Below are positions 1 to 17,972 of a stretch of DNA of 64,000 nt, piece by piece (within the stretch, counting starts at the first letter, position 1; every line of letters begins with the position of its first letter). This DNA comes from the human T2T-CHM13v2.0 reference genome, Homo sapiens. The notes under the pieces were generated by a model, which worked only from the letters and a program-made list of their open reading frames with translations, searched no databases and was not told the origin of the DNA. Both the position numbers and the translations under genes were made by a program. The DNA lies in assembly GCF_009914755.1 (NCBI RefSeq), contig NC_060945.1. One strand, given 5' to 3'.

Positions 1-237
1 AATGAGGTACGCCTGCAAAGGAGATGAAAACAGGTAGCATCCTTGGGTCTATAAAGGAAATGGAATGAAAAGAAGTATTACAAGATGCCATCCCGAGATA
101 GGGAAATGAAACCAGACAATAATAAGCACACCAAGTTAGCCTTATAAGAGACCTAGTCCACTTCCAAATGTTTCCAAGCATGTACAATTATCATTGTTAT
201 GCAATCTCTTCAAAAAGTGCTTTTATACACAATAAAA

Positions 238-700
238 TGTGGCCAAATATGCCTGCAAAAATATACTGTTTTGTATAAGAAATATTTTGAACTAAAGACA
301 TTTGAAAAACAACAGATGCAAGAAGGGCATTCTAATTTCCCCGTTGCTTCTTGAAAACAGATGAAATTTCCCATGTGAAAGATGCCCTTCCTGTATTAGG
401 AGAAAACATTCTTCAAGGGGAAGTCATGGTCAAGAGACTTCGGCACAATCAAACTTTGTTAAGATAATTCCTCTTTTCCTTTATCCTCCCCACATAATTT
501 AGTTAATTTTCAACAGTTGCATCTCTTTATTCCATATAATATAAAATCTCTTGGGTTTTGCCACTTTTTTGGATCTTCATTCTCTTGTGAGTGGTTCTAT
601 GTCATGTAAACATATATTAAACGTGGATGTTTTTCTCCTCTTATCTCTCTTATATGTCAATTTAATTCTCAGGCCCGGCCAAGAACTTTAAGAGAGTAAG
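238..700 (+). mobile_element. MER34-family ERV1 solo LTR (degenerate)
   Basis: Starts tgtggccaaatatgcc...aaaatat...tattttgaactaaagac and ends ...aggcccggccaagaac; resembles the recalled MER34 consensus. Boundaries approximate. Confidence 0.6.
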
Positions 701-752
701 TATCAATGTGTTATAGGCTCAGTTTATGATTTTCCATTCCTTCCTTTAAACA

Positions 753-1121
753 TGTTAAGTTTAGCCTACACCTGCCTCCTTACATATTTTAAGTTTGGCT
801 TAAAGGTTTCTCTGTATTTAGTGAACTGTAACTTAACTGGATGTATAAACAGACTGTAACTTTCTCTTGGGCCAATCGCCATGTTTCAGCTGATCAGAGG
901 CTCAAATTCTGTTCAAATAAGGCAAAGCTGAGCAGTAAGCAGTCTGGCTGTCTCTGTTTTGTGTATGTCAGTTTTCTTTTTCTATTCATAATTCTTCAAC
1001 CATGTGGAAACCCTGGAGTCTCTTTGAACCTATTCTGGATAAGGACCTGCTCAATTCTCCAATCATTTTTTGCTCAGTTAAACTCTGTGAAACCTAATTC
1101 GTCTAAGGTTTTTCTTTTAAA
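753..1121 (+). mobile_element. MER57-family ERV1 solo LTR
   Basis: tgttaagtttagcctacacctgcctccttacatattttaagtttggc... through ...gtctaaggtttttcttttaa match both ends of MER57. Confidence 0.75.
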
Positions 1122-2109
1122 AAACTTAAGATTTAGTTTTCCTGGTTTGAAATTGAGTGTTGAGAAAATATTTTTGCGTGTCTGCACAGTCATGGCTTTC
1201 TCAAAACATTTTCCTGAAAAAGTGGAATCTTGGTCTTATAGCCAGACTTGCAAGTTAATTTGCAGCTGTATTCATAGTGAAAGAACTCCTTGGAAATTTA
1301 GCTAACTCCAAAGATATTTGTTTGTATTTCAAGGGCAAATGAGGCCCATTACTTTGGAGACAAATCTGGCTGCAGATACTGGACTTATCAGCCCTTTGGA
1401 AAATTTATTTTCTTACCAAAGGAGTGGAGTAAGGATCTATTCTCTGTACTTTTCCAAGAAGCACTCTCAGAAAATGAGGAGATAGAATAGTCTTTTTGTC
1501 TTCTAAAAGCAAAGAACAATTCATTTTTTATTATTTTTCTCTTGCATAAGAAGGATCTGACCATTTACATAAGAGATTTGTTCATTTGGCTTTCCTCATA
1601 TCATACTAAACATAAAAATTAAGGCAGAAAGGACCAATAGTTATTAAAATGTAAATAATAATAATTAATCTGGGTCTAGCCCAGAACACTTTATGTTGAC
1701 ATTCACTATAACATTAATATTGATGAATATTAATAACACAATGTGTTGGGAAGAGGAGTGTCAGAAATTCTTGCCACATTCAAAAGTTTCAGCTGTAGGA
1801 TAGTTCTTATTAATAGAGGATTTAATAAAAGTTGCAATGGAATAAATTGTTTTGACAGTAAAGCAAAGAAACAAAAAAAGATAAAGGTACAGGAAGCAAA
1901 CTTTATCATATAAATTAATAATTTATTTCTTCATTGTATTAGAGGTTAATATCCAGGAATGGACAAGCTTTAGAAAGGTTGGGGGAGAAACTGGAGGGTG
2001 AACTCAGGTCAGATGGAGACACATCATGTGTGCACTAATAAAGGCTTCAAATTTTTAAGATAATAAGTGTTAATATATAATAGAGATAATAATAATAAAT
2101 AGCAAATAA

Positions 2110-3156
2110 TGTTAGTGACAGGAGGTAATCAAATGCCTAGGCAGATAGAGGTGGGTCCCTGGTGAAACACCACCTTCAAGCCAAAGACAGTTTAAAGCCT
2201 GAAAACCAAGCCACAAGTCTCGGATGAATCTCTAGACTACATTGGGAACCTCTCTTCCAGTTTGGTGAGCTTTCCTCAATTTGATCCCCATCCTTCACCT
2301 ATTTTACATATACCTACCTGTCTCTAATTGGTTTTTAACACTATCATGTCCTCCTTTGAGTGGTGTCTTTCTTGCATACTCACAGAACAATCAGCACACA
2401 CTCTCTCATTATGAGCCCATAAAAGCCCCAGACTCAGCCATACTTGGAGAGAGACTAGCTGCCTTTGATCAAGGGACCACCTGCTTCTCCACTGTGAGCT
2501 GTTCTGTCACTCAGTAAAACTCTTCTCTGCCCTTCTCACCTTTCAATTGTCAGTGTAACCTCATTCTTTTTGGACACAGGACAAGAACTTGAGACCCATC
2601 GAGTGCAGGTACAAAAAAGGCTGTAACACTGTGGCTCTCTGTCCTCTGCCAGAACCCAGCAGCCACTCCACATGATGGGAAGCAGCAGTGGTTCCAGGCC
2701 AATCCTGGAGTCGTGGGCCAGAGTGGAGCAGTGGGACTGAAAGAGCAGTTAGCATGTTGTAACACCCACTTTGGGGCTTTGAGGTCACTGGCATCCCTGT
2801 TCGGGTGCTGCTGTGTTCCCCTTGTCTGGATGCCAGCATCCCCCATGGGAGTTGCTTGTGGCATGCCTGATCCAGCCACAAGTCCTGCACAGAGCCCACT
2901 CCTATGCCAGTGCTTGGAGTGGCCGACTGGACCCTGCACTCACATGCTCACACACCCACTACCACCACAGGCTGAGCGCACAGTTGTAGTGGCCACAGGA
3001 TCCATGCTGGAGCGCAAGATGGGCACAGTCTGGGGGGCCGAGTCAGCAAGGCACCTCTTGTGGCAAGCCACGGCCTGAGTGAGTCCTGAGCGGACACGTT
3101 GCCAGCCACATTGGCCTCCAGCTGACAAAGCAGCACCAAAAAGAAATCCTGCACCA
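2110..3156 (+). mobile_element. ERV1 solo LTR, HUERS-P group (LTR9/LTR27/LTR28/LTR1-like), about 1.05 kb
   Basis: TG...CA termini; perfect 4-bp TSD ATAA at 2106-2109 and 3157-3160; GC-rich U5 ending aaagaaatcctgcacca. Exact subfamily uncertain. Confidence 0.75.
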
Positions 3157-6100
3157 ATAATAAAGATACTAAGGACTTTTTAAAAAAACTTTTGAGTTAA
3201 TATTTATGATTCAAATATATAGAACTAATAATACAATAAATACTAACATATTTTTACACCAGTTTGCAAAAAGGTAGTAAAGTGAAAATTCTGCCATTTT
3301 TCAGAGAACAACAATGTTAAATATACAGATTTATCTCCTAATCCATCAACTTCCTTCCCCCATCTTGTCACAAAACTACTAGTCTAAGTCTGATGTTTAC
3401 ATTTCTTATGCGTTTCACTAACTGTACTAAATATATGGGTCAAAACCAATATAGAGTATAGGTTTTAAATGTAAAATTAATTGGTGATATTTTATGGAAA
3501 ATTTCTTTTGTAATTTGCTTTTCTACTCAAATTAGACTTTTGGTTTGTTTTGTTTGTTCAAATATCGAAATGATCTAAGTTTCTATTTATTTATTCAATT
3601 TTTTTTTTGTTTTAGAAATGTGTCTCTGATGAATGTTGGACCAAAGGGAGTAAACAGAACCCAAGACATCTAACAAAATGTTCCCCAGAATTAAGATGAA
3701 CACCAAAGAGAATAGATAATTTTATGGAAACTATGTTGGTGGGATCCACTTCCAGCTGTGTGGTAAATTTCAAATAGAAATCAATTTTTATTTCAACATA
3801 AAAATGGAAGTCAATATTGAATAATAACAATTACCTGAGTAGCTGGGGTTTTTGCTCTTTTTTATATTTATTTTTATTTTAAAAATGAGGATTGTTGTAA
3901 AACTAACATGTATTTATAAGAAGTAATACTGAGAGAATACCCTTTACCCAATGTGCCTCAATGGTAACATCCTGTAAAACTGTAGTACAGTATCGCATCC
4001 AGGATATTAGCATTTAATAGTCAAGGTGCATAACAATAGAGTTACAAGAAAATACATATAAAGCAAGTTATGCTTCCTTTAGATTTATTTTGCTCTTTTT
4101 CTTTTCTAGGCACTGTCATGAGACCTTATATTTTGAATTGGAGACTTGTGTTCTAATATATGCATAGGTTTTCTGCTCTTTGGTGCTTTAGCTTCATTCA
4201 ACAAATGTTAATGTTTTATTTTCATTTATATTCACTTTAATGTAATTTTTAGAAATTTTATCTAATATTTTTTTTCTTTAACCCATGGATTATTTATTTC
4301 TAACACTGTCACAGAGATGAAGTCAGAGCGTCTACTTATAGCCTTGCAAGGGTAAAATTGTAGGTGCCCCACTTGATTTTTTTTTCAAGGATGGAAGTTG
4401 GGCCATAGATATTTTCTGTGTTGTTTACCTGAGTAAGGATGTTATTCTCTAAAAGTTGTCTCTCCTGCTATGCTACCTCTTTCTTGGCCCTTTTGCTTCA
4501 AAAAAAGGAGGCTTTCTTGGGGGATATTTCTCTATCTGTTCTCATTGATGTTTCCAGATTGCTGGTTTCCTCAATTTCAGGATTTTCATATATGATGAAA
4601 AAAAAAAAATCCAGTGGGCTCACCACTATGTCATTCCTTTGGATCCAAGTCTCTAGTGGGTCCAACTTCTCTCCACGTTTCAGAGTCTTAAGTGACTTTT
4701 AAATTATTATTTATTTATATATAAATTAATTCGTGTAATTAATAATTATAAATAATGATTTAAAAGACATTTAAGAAGACTCTGAATTTATTTATTATTG
4801 TTAAGTTCCGGTGTTTTTAGCTGTACTTAACAGAGGAAGTAAGAAAGATTACATCTACTTCATTGTCCCAGAGGATGAATAATAATGTTGCTCTTAGTAT
4901 TGCTTTAAAATTTCAAAGAAACAACCATCTCTTTTTGTCTACTTTACCATACACACCTATTATTCTACTTTTTTCTCCCATCTTTACCCAAGGCTTAGAA
5001 TTACATTGTACTTATGCTTTTCATAATTCAGTGAATGTAACTTGTAAATCATGCATAGTCATTATAATGCCTCCTTGCTGTTACATGTTATTTTTCCTTT
5101 TTCCAATATTGAACAATATTAGTGTAAATTAGAAATTAGTTTATTTCTTCCATAGTGAGATATTTCTATAATTTTTATTATCTTATTTTTATCATTTATT
5201 GAAATATTATTCATGTCTGTGTAGGAAATGGAAAAAAATTTCTCAAACTTCTAATGACCCATACTTTGACTACAAATATTATCTTTAAATATTGCTGTTA
5301 ATGTTTTATACACACAAACTACACAAGAAAAATATGAAAGACATTTGATTTTGGAATCACTAGCAGGGTACCTGGCATATGGATGTTACAAAATATTTAA
5401 AATACATCATTACATAATCTCAACTGCAGAGGAAAAAAATGAGAAACTTCTACTTGCTTATTGAGAACTACTTCTAATGTTTATACAACTTCCTCTAAAT
5501 TTACTACATTTGGTATTATTTTGAGGACCCAATGTAAGAAAACCATGTTAACCTATTTTAAACATAAAGTTACAAAATATCCTAATAGTAAGTTTTCTGC
5601 ACTATACTTTTGAATATAACTCAATATACTATAAATATAAAATATTACTGGAAAAATTATCCTAAGATTAGATTGAACCTCTTGTGAACATATGTACATG
5701 TACTAATGGCAAGCATAGATTTCTGTTTATTTCCCTGTTTCAGTGGTAGATGGACAAATTTAAGTTGTAATACCTGTTTTTATCTTATTATTTCAAGTAA
5801 TTTTTAGATGCAAAAATGTCCTATTTTTAATACTTGTGGCTGAAAATAGTATTCCATCAAAGACATAAATCACAGTTCTCTGTGTCTCAAACTTAACTAA
5901 CGAGTTGTTATAGTAAATCAACCAAATATACTTTTTTTTCTATAAATATATGGAGTGGTCCTAGAAATAAAAGCATCATGGTGCTGGATAATACAGCTGG
6001 CCAAGTATATACATTTTAAGGTGTATGTAAGGTGGATTTCTATGAAAGATAGATCAATTGATAATAATAAGAAACAGATGTAAACATTCTTTTGAATAAA

Positions 6101-6465
6101 TTTGCATTAAAAATTGTAAAGTTAATTAACAATTATGAAATTCTTTTTCAAAAATATGTATTTAATTCCTGTTTGTAGTGAAGATTGTAACTTCACTTCT
6201 AGAATTCCCAGATAATTGTTGGAAAGAACCACAGTAAACATAAGTCAAATTATGATAAAGTTATGAAGCAAAGATGCAGACAGCTTTGAAAATATGTACA
6301 AGGGGCATCTGCCATCCCTGAGTAGATGATTAAAAAGGGCTTTCTTAAGGCATCTAGAAACAGCATAACATAATCATTTGGTACTCTGTGGTTCCTTACC
6401 ATGGCAGCAGGCTAGGTTTCTTCATGTTACGGCCTGCAGCAAGATGACCTGTATTTGAATTCTAG

Positions 6466-6510
6466 TTGTTTTTTTTTGTTTGTTTTTGTTTTGTTTTGTT
6501 TTGTTTTTTT
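6466..6510 (+). repeat. (GTTTT)n simple repeat inside a MIR-like fragment
   Basis: Direct reading of gttttgttttgtttt tract. Confidence 0.8.
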
Positions 6511-6694
6511 CAGTTTAAGACCTTAGGGAAGGTATCAAATCCCTTCGTGCTTCAATATTTATAATCTCTGAAAATACAAGCAATAATACCTGGTTATTAG
6601 GATTGCATGGTGTAATATTTGTAAAACATTTAGAAATGTACCTCACACATAGAAAATGTCTTTTAAGTTCTGGATTAAAAAATAAAGATGATCA

Positions 6695-7470
6695 ATGGCT
6701 TAAATCTAAGACCTGAAACTATAAAAATTCTAGAAGGTAACATTGGAAAAACCCTTCTAGACATTGGCTTAGGCACGGATTTCATGGCCAAGAACCCCCC
6801 CCCCAAAAATGCAATAAAAAAAGATAAATAGCTGGGACTTAATTAAACTAAAGAGCTTCTACACAGCAAAAGGAACAGTCAGCAGAGTAAAAGACAACCC
6901 ACAGAGTGGGAGAAAATCTTCACAATCTATACATATGACAAAGGACTAATACCCAGAATCTACAATGAACTCAAACAAATTAGCAAAAAAAAAAAAAAGA
7001 ACCCAAAAATTCCACCAAAAAGTGGGCTGACATGAATAGACAATTCTCAAAAGAAGATGTACAAATGATCAACAAACATTTGAAATATTGCTCAGTATCG
7101 CTAATGATCAGAGAAATGCAAACCAAAACCACAATGCAATACCACTTTACTCCTGCAAGAAGGGCTATAATAAAAAAAAAAATCAAAAAATAATAATGTT
7201 GGCATGGATGTGATAAACAGGGAACAATTTTACACTGCTGGTGGGAATGTAAACCAGTGCAACCACTATGGGAAACTGTGAAATTCCTTAAAGAACTAAA
7301 AGTACTATCATTTGATCCAGCAATCCACTACTGGGTATCTACAAAGAGGAAAAGAAGGCATTATATGTAAAAGATACTTATTCACACATGTTTATAGCAG
7401 CACAATTCACAATTGCGAAAACATGGAACCAACTCAAATGCTCATCAATCAATGAGTGGATAAAGAAACT
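6695..7470 (+). mobile_element. L1PB-type LINE-1 internal fragment (3' part of ORF2, no 3' UTR or polyA)
   Basis: aaatctaagacctgaaactataaaaattctagaag...gtggataaagaaact is L1PB-like ORF2 C-terminal sequence with frameshifts. Confidence 0.85.
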
Positions 7471-7934
7471 CTATGTAAAAATTGTAATAAATTGGGTTAT
7501 TTATTACTTTCTAATATTATTGCTTTTTGTCTTACAGTCTTATATTTTTCTAAATGAATAATATTAAGAAGATAAACAATATCCAAATCATTTTCTTATT
7601 TGTACTTCAATATGTCATTATAACAAATGTAATAAAAACAAAATAGCATAAGTTTCTGTTGTAGTAATTTTCTTGCTGCTACAAAAAGGCACATGTTCCC
7701 ATTCAAAGAATAAATACTAATAATAGTATTGGAAGACCTATATTTCATTTCTGGAAAATAACATTAAACATAGGTACTAAAGTACCTTTTAAAAAGGTCT
7801 CATTATTGCAAATTATATTACATATTTTAATATATTTTACTTCTAAGATCTGGAAGATGTAGAATGGTAAATAGTAGTTAACTATATCTATATAATATAT
7901 CCATTTTTATAATACTTTTTACTATGTTATTTAC

Positions 7935-8440
7935 TTCATCAGCTGGCTTTTGCTGTATAATCGACTACCCAAAATTTAGTGGCTTAAAAGACCAATCATT
8001 TTAGATAGATTCTGATACTTTGGGTTGACTGGGCTATGGTCTGTGTTTACTTTCCACTGCATTCTTTCACGTGTGTGTCTGTGGTCAGCTAGCAGGTCAG
8101 TTTGTGGCTGCATGATCTGCATAACTGTCTTCATATGTCTTTAGTTGGTAGGTTGTTTGGTCTAGGGACCTCAGCTGGGGTGACTGATTTGCAATCTGTG
8201 GTTTCTAACCATGCAATAAGTTAGGCTTGGTTGTTTCACATCATGGCCAAAGTGTTCCAAGAGCAGCAAGAGAAGGTAGAATCCAAAGTACAAGTTATTT
8301 TCAAGTCTGTGCTTATGTGGCATGTGTTACTGTCCCATTGGCCAAAACAAGTCATGTGGCAATGCAGTAGAGCATTGTGGATGAAGACAATATCCAACAG
8401 CATAAATATAGGGAAGAAGACTATTGCACGCACTTTTTAA
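7935..8440 (-). mobile_element. Old MLT1 (MaLR) LTR, degenerate
   Basis: cccaaaatttagtggcttaaaa and tcccattggccaaaacaagtcatgtggc are typical of antisense MLT1 LTRs. Confidence 0.55.
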
Positions 8441-9360
8441 AACAATAATCCTTATGGTTATTAACCTTTGCTCTAAAATGTGCTGCATAATAAAATATAT
8501 AATATCAATACATATCTGCCTGAGCCTTATCTATACCTTTAAATTAAGATCAGAGATGATGGTGTGGGAAATGTAGGATGAAAAAAGCCACATCAGGAAT
8601 TATATAGTTGATATGGTCTGGATATTTGTCCCCAAGGATGAAGGTGGGGTCTGGTTGGAGGTGGTTTGGTAGTGAGGGCAGACCCTTCACAGCTTGATAC
8701 TGACCTTGTAATAGTGAGTGAGTTCTCAAGAGATCTAGTCATTTAAAAGTTTGTGGCACCTCCCCCCACTGTCTTTCTCTTTTGCTACTTCTTTTGCCAC
8801 GTTTAGTGCTTGTTCTTGCTTTGTCTTTCTCCATGATTGTAAGCTTCCCAAGGCCTCTCCAGAAACCTAGGAGATGCTAGCACCCACCATGCTTCCTATA
8901 AAGCTTGTATAACTGTGGACCAATTAAACCTCTTTTATTTATATATTACCCAGTCCCAGGTAGTTCTTTATAGCAATGTAAGAATGGACTAACTGAAAAA
9001 ATTGGCACAGAAGGCTGGGACTTTGCTATAAAAATACCTAAAAATATGGAAGCAACTTTGGTACTGGGTAACAGGCAGAGGTAGGAAGAGTTTGGAAAGC
9101 TCAGAAGAAGACAGGAAGATGAAAGGAATTTTGAAGCTTGAAACTAGTTGAATGCTTGTGACCAAATGCTGATAGTGATATGGACAGTGAAGTCCATGCT
9201 GCCGAAGCCTCAGATGGAAATGAGGAATTTACTGGGAGCTAGAGCAATGGTTACACGTCATGCCTTAGCAAAAAGCTTTCTGCATTCTGCTCATGCCCTA
9301 AGGATTTGGGAAGTTTGAACTTGAGAATGATAATTTAGGGTATCTGGCTGAAGATATTTC

Positions 9361-13561
<4,201 letters not shown>

Positions 13562-14314
13562 CTGAAGATATTTCTAAGTAGCAAAGCATTAAGAGGTAGT
13601 CTGGCTGCTTCTAGCAACCTAAGCTCACATGTGGGAGCAAGAAAATAACTCAAATTAGAAATTCATATTTAACAGTAAAGCAAAGCGTAAAAATTTGGAA
13701 AAATTTGCAGCCTTGCAAGTGGCAGAGAAAGAAAGAGCTTTTTTAGCAACAGGAATTCAAGCAGGGTATGAAGCAACCACTTGTTAAAGAAATTTGCATA
13801 ACTAAAAGGGAGCCAAATGCTGACAGCCAAAACAAGGAAGAAAAGGCCTGGAAGGTATTTGAGAAACCTTCACAGCAACCCCTCCCATCACATTCTCTAA
13901 GGCCTAGGAGGGAAGAATAGTTTCCTGGGCCAGACCAAGGGCCCCTCTGGCCTGCACAATTTTGGGACACTGCTTCCCTCATCCCAGTTGCTTGGGTTCA
14001 GCCTTGTCTCAAAGGGCCCCAGATGCTGCTTGTGCTGCTGCTTTGGAGAGCACAAACTACCTTAAGCCCTGATGACTTACATTTGTTTTTAAGCCTGTTG
14101 GTACACACAGTGCAAGAATAAATGAGACCAAGCACCCTCTGCCTAGGTTTCAGGAGATACATGGAAAAGCCTTGGTGCCCAGGCAGGAACCTGCATCGGG
14201 GGAGAGCCCTCACAGAGAATCTTACTAGGGCAGTGTGAAGGGAATTTTTGGGGTTGGAGACACCACACAGAGTCTCCAATGGAACACTGTCTAGTGGAAT
14301 TGTGATAAGGGAGC

Positions 14315-16639
14315 TGATATGATTTGGCTCTGTGACCCTACCCAAATCTCATCTTGAATTGTACTCCCATAATTTCCACATGTTGTGGGAGGGACCCCAT
14401 GGGAGATAATTGAATCATGGGGGCAGTTTCCTCTATACTGTTATCATGGTAGTAAATAAGTCCCATGAGACCTGTCGGTTTTATCAGGGGTTTTCCGCTT
14501 TTGTGTCGTCTTCATTTCTCTCTTTGCCTGCTGCCATCCATGTAAGATGGGACGTGCTCCTCCCTTTCTTCCGCCAAAATTGTGAGGCTTCCCCAGCCAC
14601 TTGAAACTGTATTAAACTTCTGACTTTTGTAAATTGCCCACTCTCGGGTATGTCTTTATCAGCAGTGTGAAAATGGACTAATACAGTAAATTGGTACCAG
14701 TAGAGTGTGGCTCTGCTGGGAAGATACCCAAAAATGTAGCAGCAACTTTGGAACTGGGTAACAAGTAGAGGTTGAAACAGTTTGGAGGGCTCAGAAGACA
14801 GGAAAATGTGGGAAAGTTTGGAACTTTCTAGAGACTTGTTGAATGGCTTTAGCCAAAATGCTGATCGCAATATGGATAATAAGGTCCAAGCTGAGATGGT
14901 CTCAGATGGAGATGAAGAACTTGTTGGAAACTGGAGCAAAGCTGACTCTTGTTATGTTTTAGCAAAGAGACTGGCAGCATTTTGCCCCTGCCCTAGAGAT
15001 TTGTGCAACTTTGAACTTGAGATAGATAATTTAAGGTATCTGGTAGAAGAAATTTCTAAGCAGCAAAGCATTCAAGAGGTGACTTGAGTGCTATTAAAAG
15101 AACTAAGTTTTAAAAGGAAAACAGAGTATAGAAGTTTGAAAAATGTGCAACCTGACAATGTGATAGTAAAGAAAATCCAATTTTCTGAGGAGAAATTCAA
15201 GCAGACTGCACAAATTTGCCTAAGAAACAAGGAGCCAAATGTTAATCCCCAAGACAATGGGGAAAATGTCTCCAGGGCATGTCAGAGGTCTTCAGCTAGC
15301 CCCTCCCATCACAGGCTCAGAGGCCTAGGAGAAGAAGTGATTTTGTGGGCTGTGCCCAGGGTCTCTGTGCTAAGTGCAGCCTAAGTAATTGGTGCCCTGC
15401 ATCCCAGTCACTCCAGCAGAGGATGAAAGGGGCCAATGTAGAGCTTGGGCCATGGCTTCAGAGGGAGGAAGCCCCACGTGTTGGCAGCTTCCATGTGGTG
15501 TTGAGCCTGTGAGTGCACAGAAGTAAAGGATTGAGGTTTGGGAACCTCAATCTAGATTTCAGAAGATGTATGGAAACACCTGGATGTCCAGACAGAAGTT
15601 TGCTGCAGGGTTGGAGCTTTCATGAAGAATCTCTGCTCAGGCAGTATGGAAGGGAAATGTGGGGTTGAAGCCCCTACACGGAGTCCCTACTGGGATGCTA
15701 CCTAGTGGAGCTGTGAGAAGAGGGTCCTCCAGACCCGAGAATGGTAGATCCACCAACAGCTTGCGCTTTGCACCTGGAAAAGCCGCAGACACTCAACACC
15801 AGCCCATGAAAGCGGCCAGGAGGGAGGCTGTACCTTGCAAAACCACAGGGACAGAGCTTCCCAAGACCATGGGAACCCACCACTTGTATCAGCGTGACCC
15901 GAATGTGAGACATGGAGCCAAAGGAGATCATTTTGGAGTTTTAAGATGTGACATCCTTGCTGGATTTCCGACTTGCATGGGCCCCGTAGCCCCTTTGTTT
16001 CGGCCAGTTTCTCCCATTTGAAACATTGTATTTAACCAATGTCTGTACTTCCATTTTAACTAGGAGATAACTAGCTTGCTTTTGATTGTACAGCCTCATA
16101 GGAGAAAAAGACTTGCCTTATCTCAGATGAGACTTTGGACTGTGGACTTTTGAGTTGATTCTGAAATGAGTTAAGAGTTTGGGGTACTGTTGGGAAGGCA
16201 TGATTGGTTTTGAAATGTAAGGACATGAAATTTGGCAGGGGCCAGGGGTGGAATGATATGATTTGGCTCTGTGTCCCCAGCCATATCTCATATTGAATTG
16301 TACTCCCACAATCCCTCATGTTGTGGGAGGGACCTGGTGGGAGAAAATTGAATCATGGGGGCAGTTTCCTCCATATTGTTCTTATGGTAGTAAATAAGTC
16401 TCATGAAATCTGATGGTTTTATCAGGGATTTCTGCTTTTGTGTCTTCCTCATTTCTCTCTTTGCCTGCTGTCATCCATGTAAGACAGGACATGCTTCTCC
16501 TTGCCTCCTGCCATGATTGTGAGGCTTCACTTGCCATGTGGAACTGTAAGTCCAATTAAACCTCTTTCTTTTTTTTTTTTTTTTTTTGTAAATTGCCCAG
16601 TGTCCAGTATGTCTTTATCAGTGATAACAGACTAATACA
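14315..16639 (+). mobile_element. Full-length THE1A-like provirus (5' LTR 14315-14685, internal 14686-16253, 3' LTR 16254-16639) nested in MSTB-int
   Basis: Two similar LTRs tgatatgatttggctctgtg...actaataca; PBS gtaaattggtaccag; PPT ggggccaggggtggaa; degenerate TSD ggagc/gggac (host consensus ggggc). Confidence 0.93.
14782..16021 (+). pseudogene. Degenerate THE1 internal (MaLR gag-like) ORF
   Basis: ORF pieces EGSEDRKMWESLEL...SDGDEELVGNWSK...CYVLAKRLAAFCPCPRDL and later fragments match the known THE1-int ORF; broken by stops and frameshifts. Confidence 0.8.
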
Positions 16640-16845
16640 GGGACCCCCATAATTCAGACTCTAGAATAGGAGATCCACCAGCTGCCTGCACTCTGCACCT
16701 GGAAAAGCCACAGGCATTCAACTCCAACACACGAGAGCAGGCCTGGGGTTAAACCCTGCAAAGCCACAGGGGTGGAGCTGTTTAAGGCCTTGGGGGCCCA
16801 CCCCTTGACCAGTGTGCCTGGGATGTGGGACATGGAGTCAAAGGA

Positions 16846-17533
16846 TAAAGTTGCCATTGCAAAATTGTAACTGAGACAGTAAAAGAGATCTGACTTATCC
16901 AACTCCATCTTGTTTCTAACCTCCAAGCATTCCTCATTCATTCCTGGGCATAGGCTGAACTAACTTTGGAGGAACTTAGTTTATAGTTTAAAGCAAAGAT
17001 AACAACTCTTTCCCAAAACAAACCTCTTTCTTGCCTGGGGACTAAACTACCTTTGTAAAACTAACAAATTAGCCACAAGATTAGAAATTATAGTATAGGA
17101 GTTATTCAGCTGGAGGTGACAAGATTCTGACAGTCCCTAAACTGCTCCCAAGATCATTGCTTGAGATATTTTGCAGACCCTGTACCTGATGGATCAACTT
17201 GCACCACCTAGATTACTAACTGGCTCAGCTAATCCTGTGGCCCCCAACGCAGGAACGGATTCAGCACAAGCGCACAACTTTCATTTCCTATGATTTCATC
17301 TCTGACCCAACCAATCAGCACTCCCAACTCACTGGCCTTCCTCCAGCCACCAAATTGTTGTTAAAAACTCTGAACGATGAATGCTCTGGAAGACTGATTT
17401 GAGTAATAACAAAGCTCTTGTCTCCTGCACAGCTGGCTCTGTGTGAATTACTCTTTCTCTATTGCAACTCCTCTGTCTTGATAAATCAGCTCTGTCTAGG
17501 CAGAGGGCAAGGTGAACCCACTGGGCAGTTACA
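16846..17533 (+). mobile_element. LTR8 (ERV1) solo LTR nested in MSTB-int
   Basis: gcaaaattgtaactgagacagtaaaagagatctga ... gggcaaggtgaacccactgggcagttaca; perfect TSD AGGA (16842-16845, 17534-17537). Confidence 0.9.
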
Positions 17534-17972
17534 AGGAGATTATTTTGAGGCTTTAAGATTTAATGGCTTCCCTGTTGAGCTTTGAACTTGTATGCAGCTT
17601 ATAGCCCCATACTTTGACCAATTTCTCCCTTTTGGAAAGGGAATGTTTATTTAATGCCTATACGCCTGTTGTATCTTGGAAGTAGGTAAATTGTTTTTTA
17701 CTTTACAGAGTGATAAGTATAAGGGACTTGTTTTGTCTCAGATAAATCTTTGGACTGTGGAATTTTGAGTTAATGCTGAAATGAGTAAAGACTTTGGGGA
17801 CGGTTGGGAAGGCATGACTGTATTTTGCAATGTGAGAAAGACATCAGATTTGGGAGGGTCCAGGGGTGGAATTATGTAGTTCAGATATTGATGACCATCC
17901 AACGCTCATGTTGAATTGTAATCTGCTATGCTGGTGGTGGGGCCTGATGGGAGATGTTTGGGTTATGGAGGC

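Noticed and set aside
841-1305. 154-aa ORF
   Set aside because: Runs through the MER57 LTR into unrelated flank; no recognisable domain; chance ORF.
2550-3157. Overlapping ORFs and raised GC suggesting a gene or CpG island
   Set aside because: Entirely within the GC-rich U5 of an ERV1 LTR bounded by a TSD.
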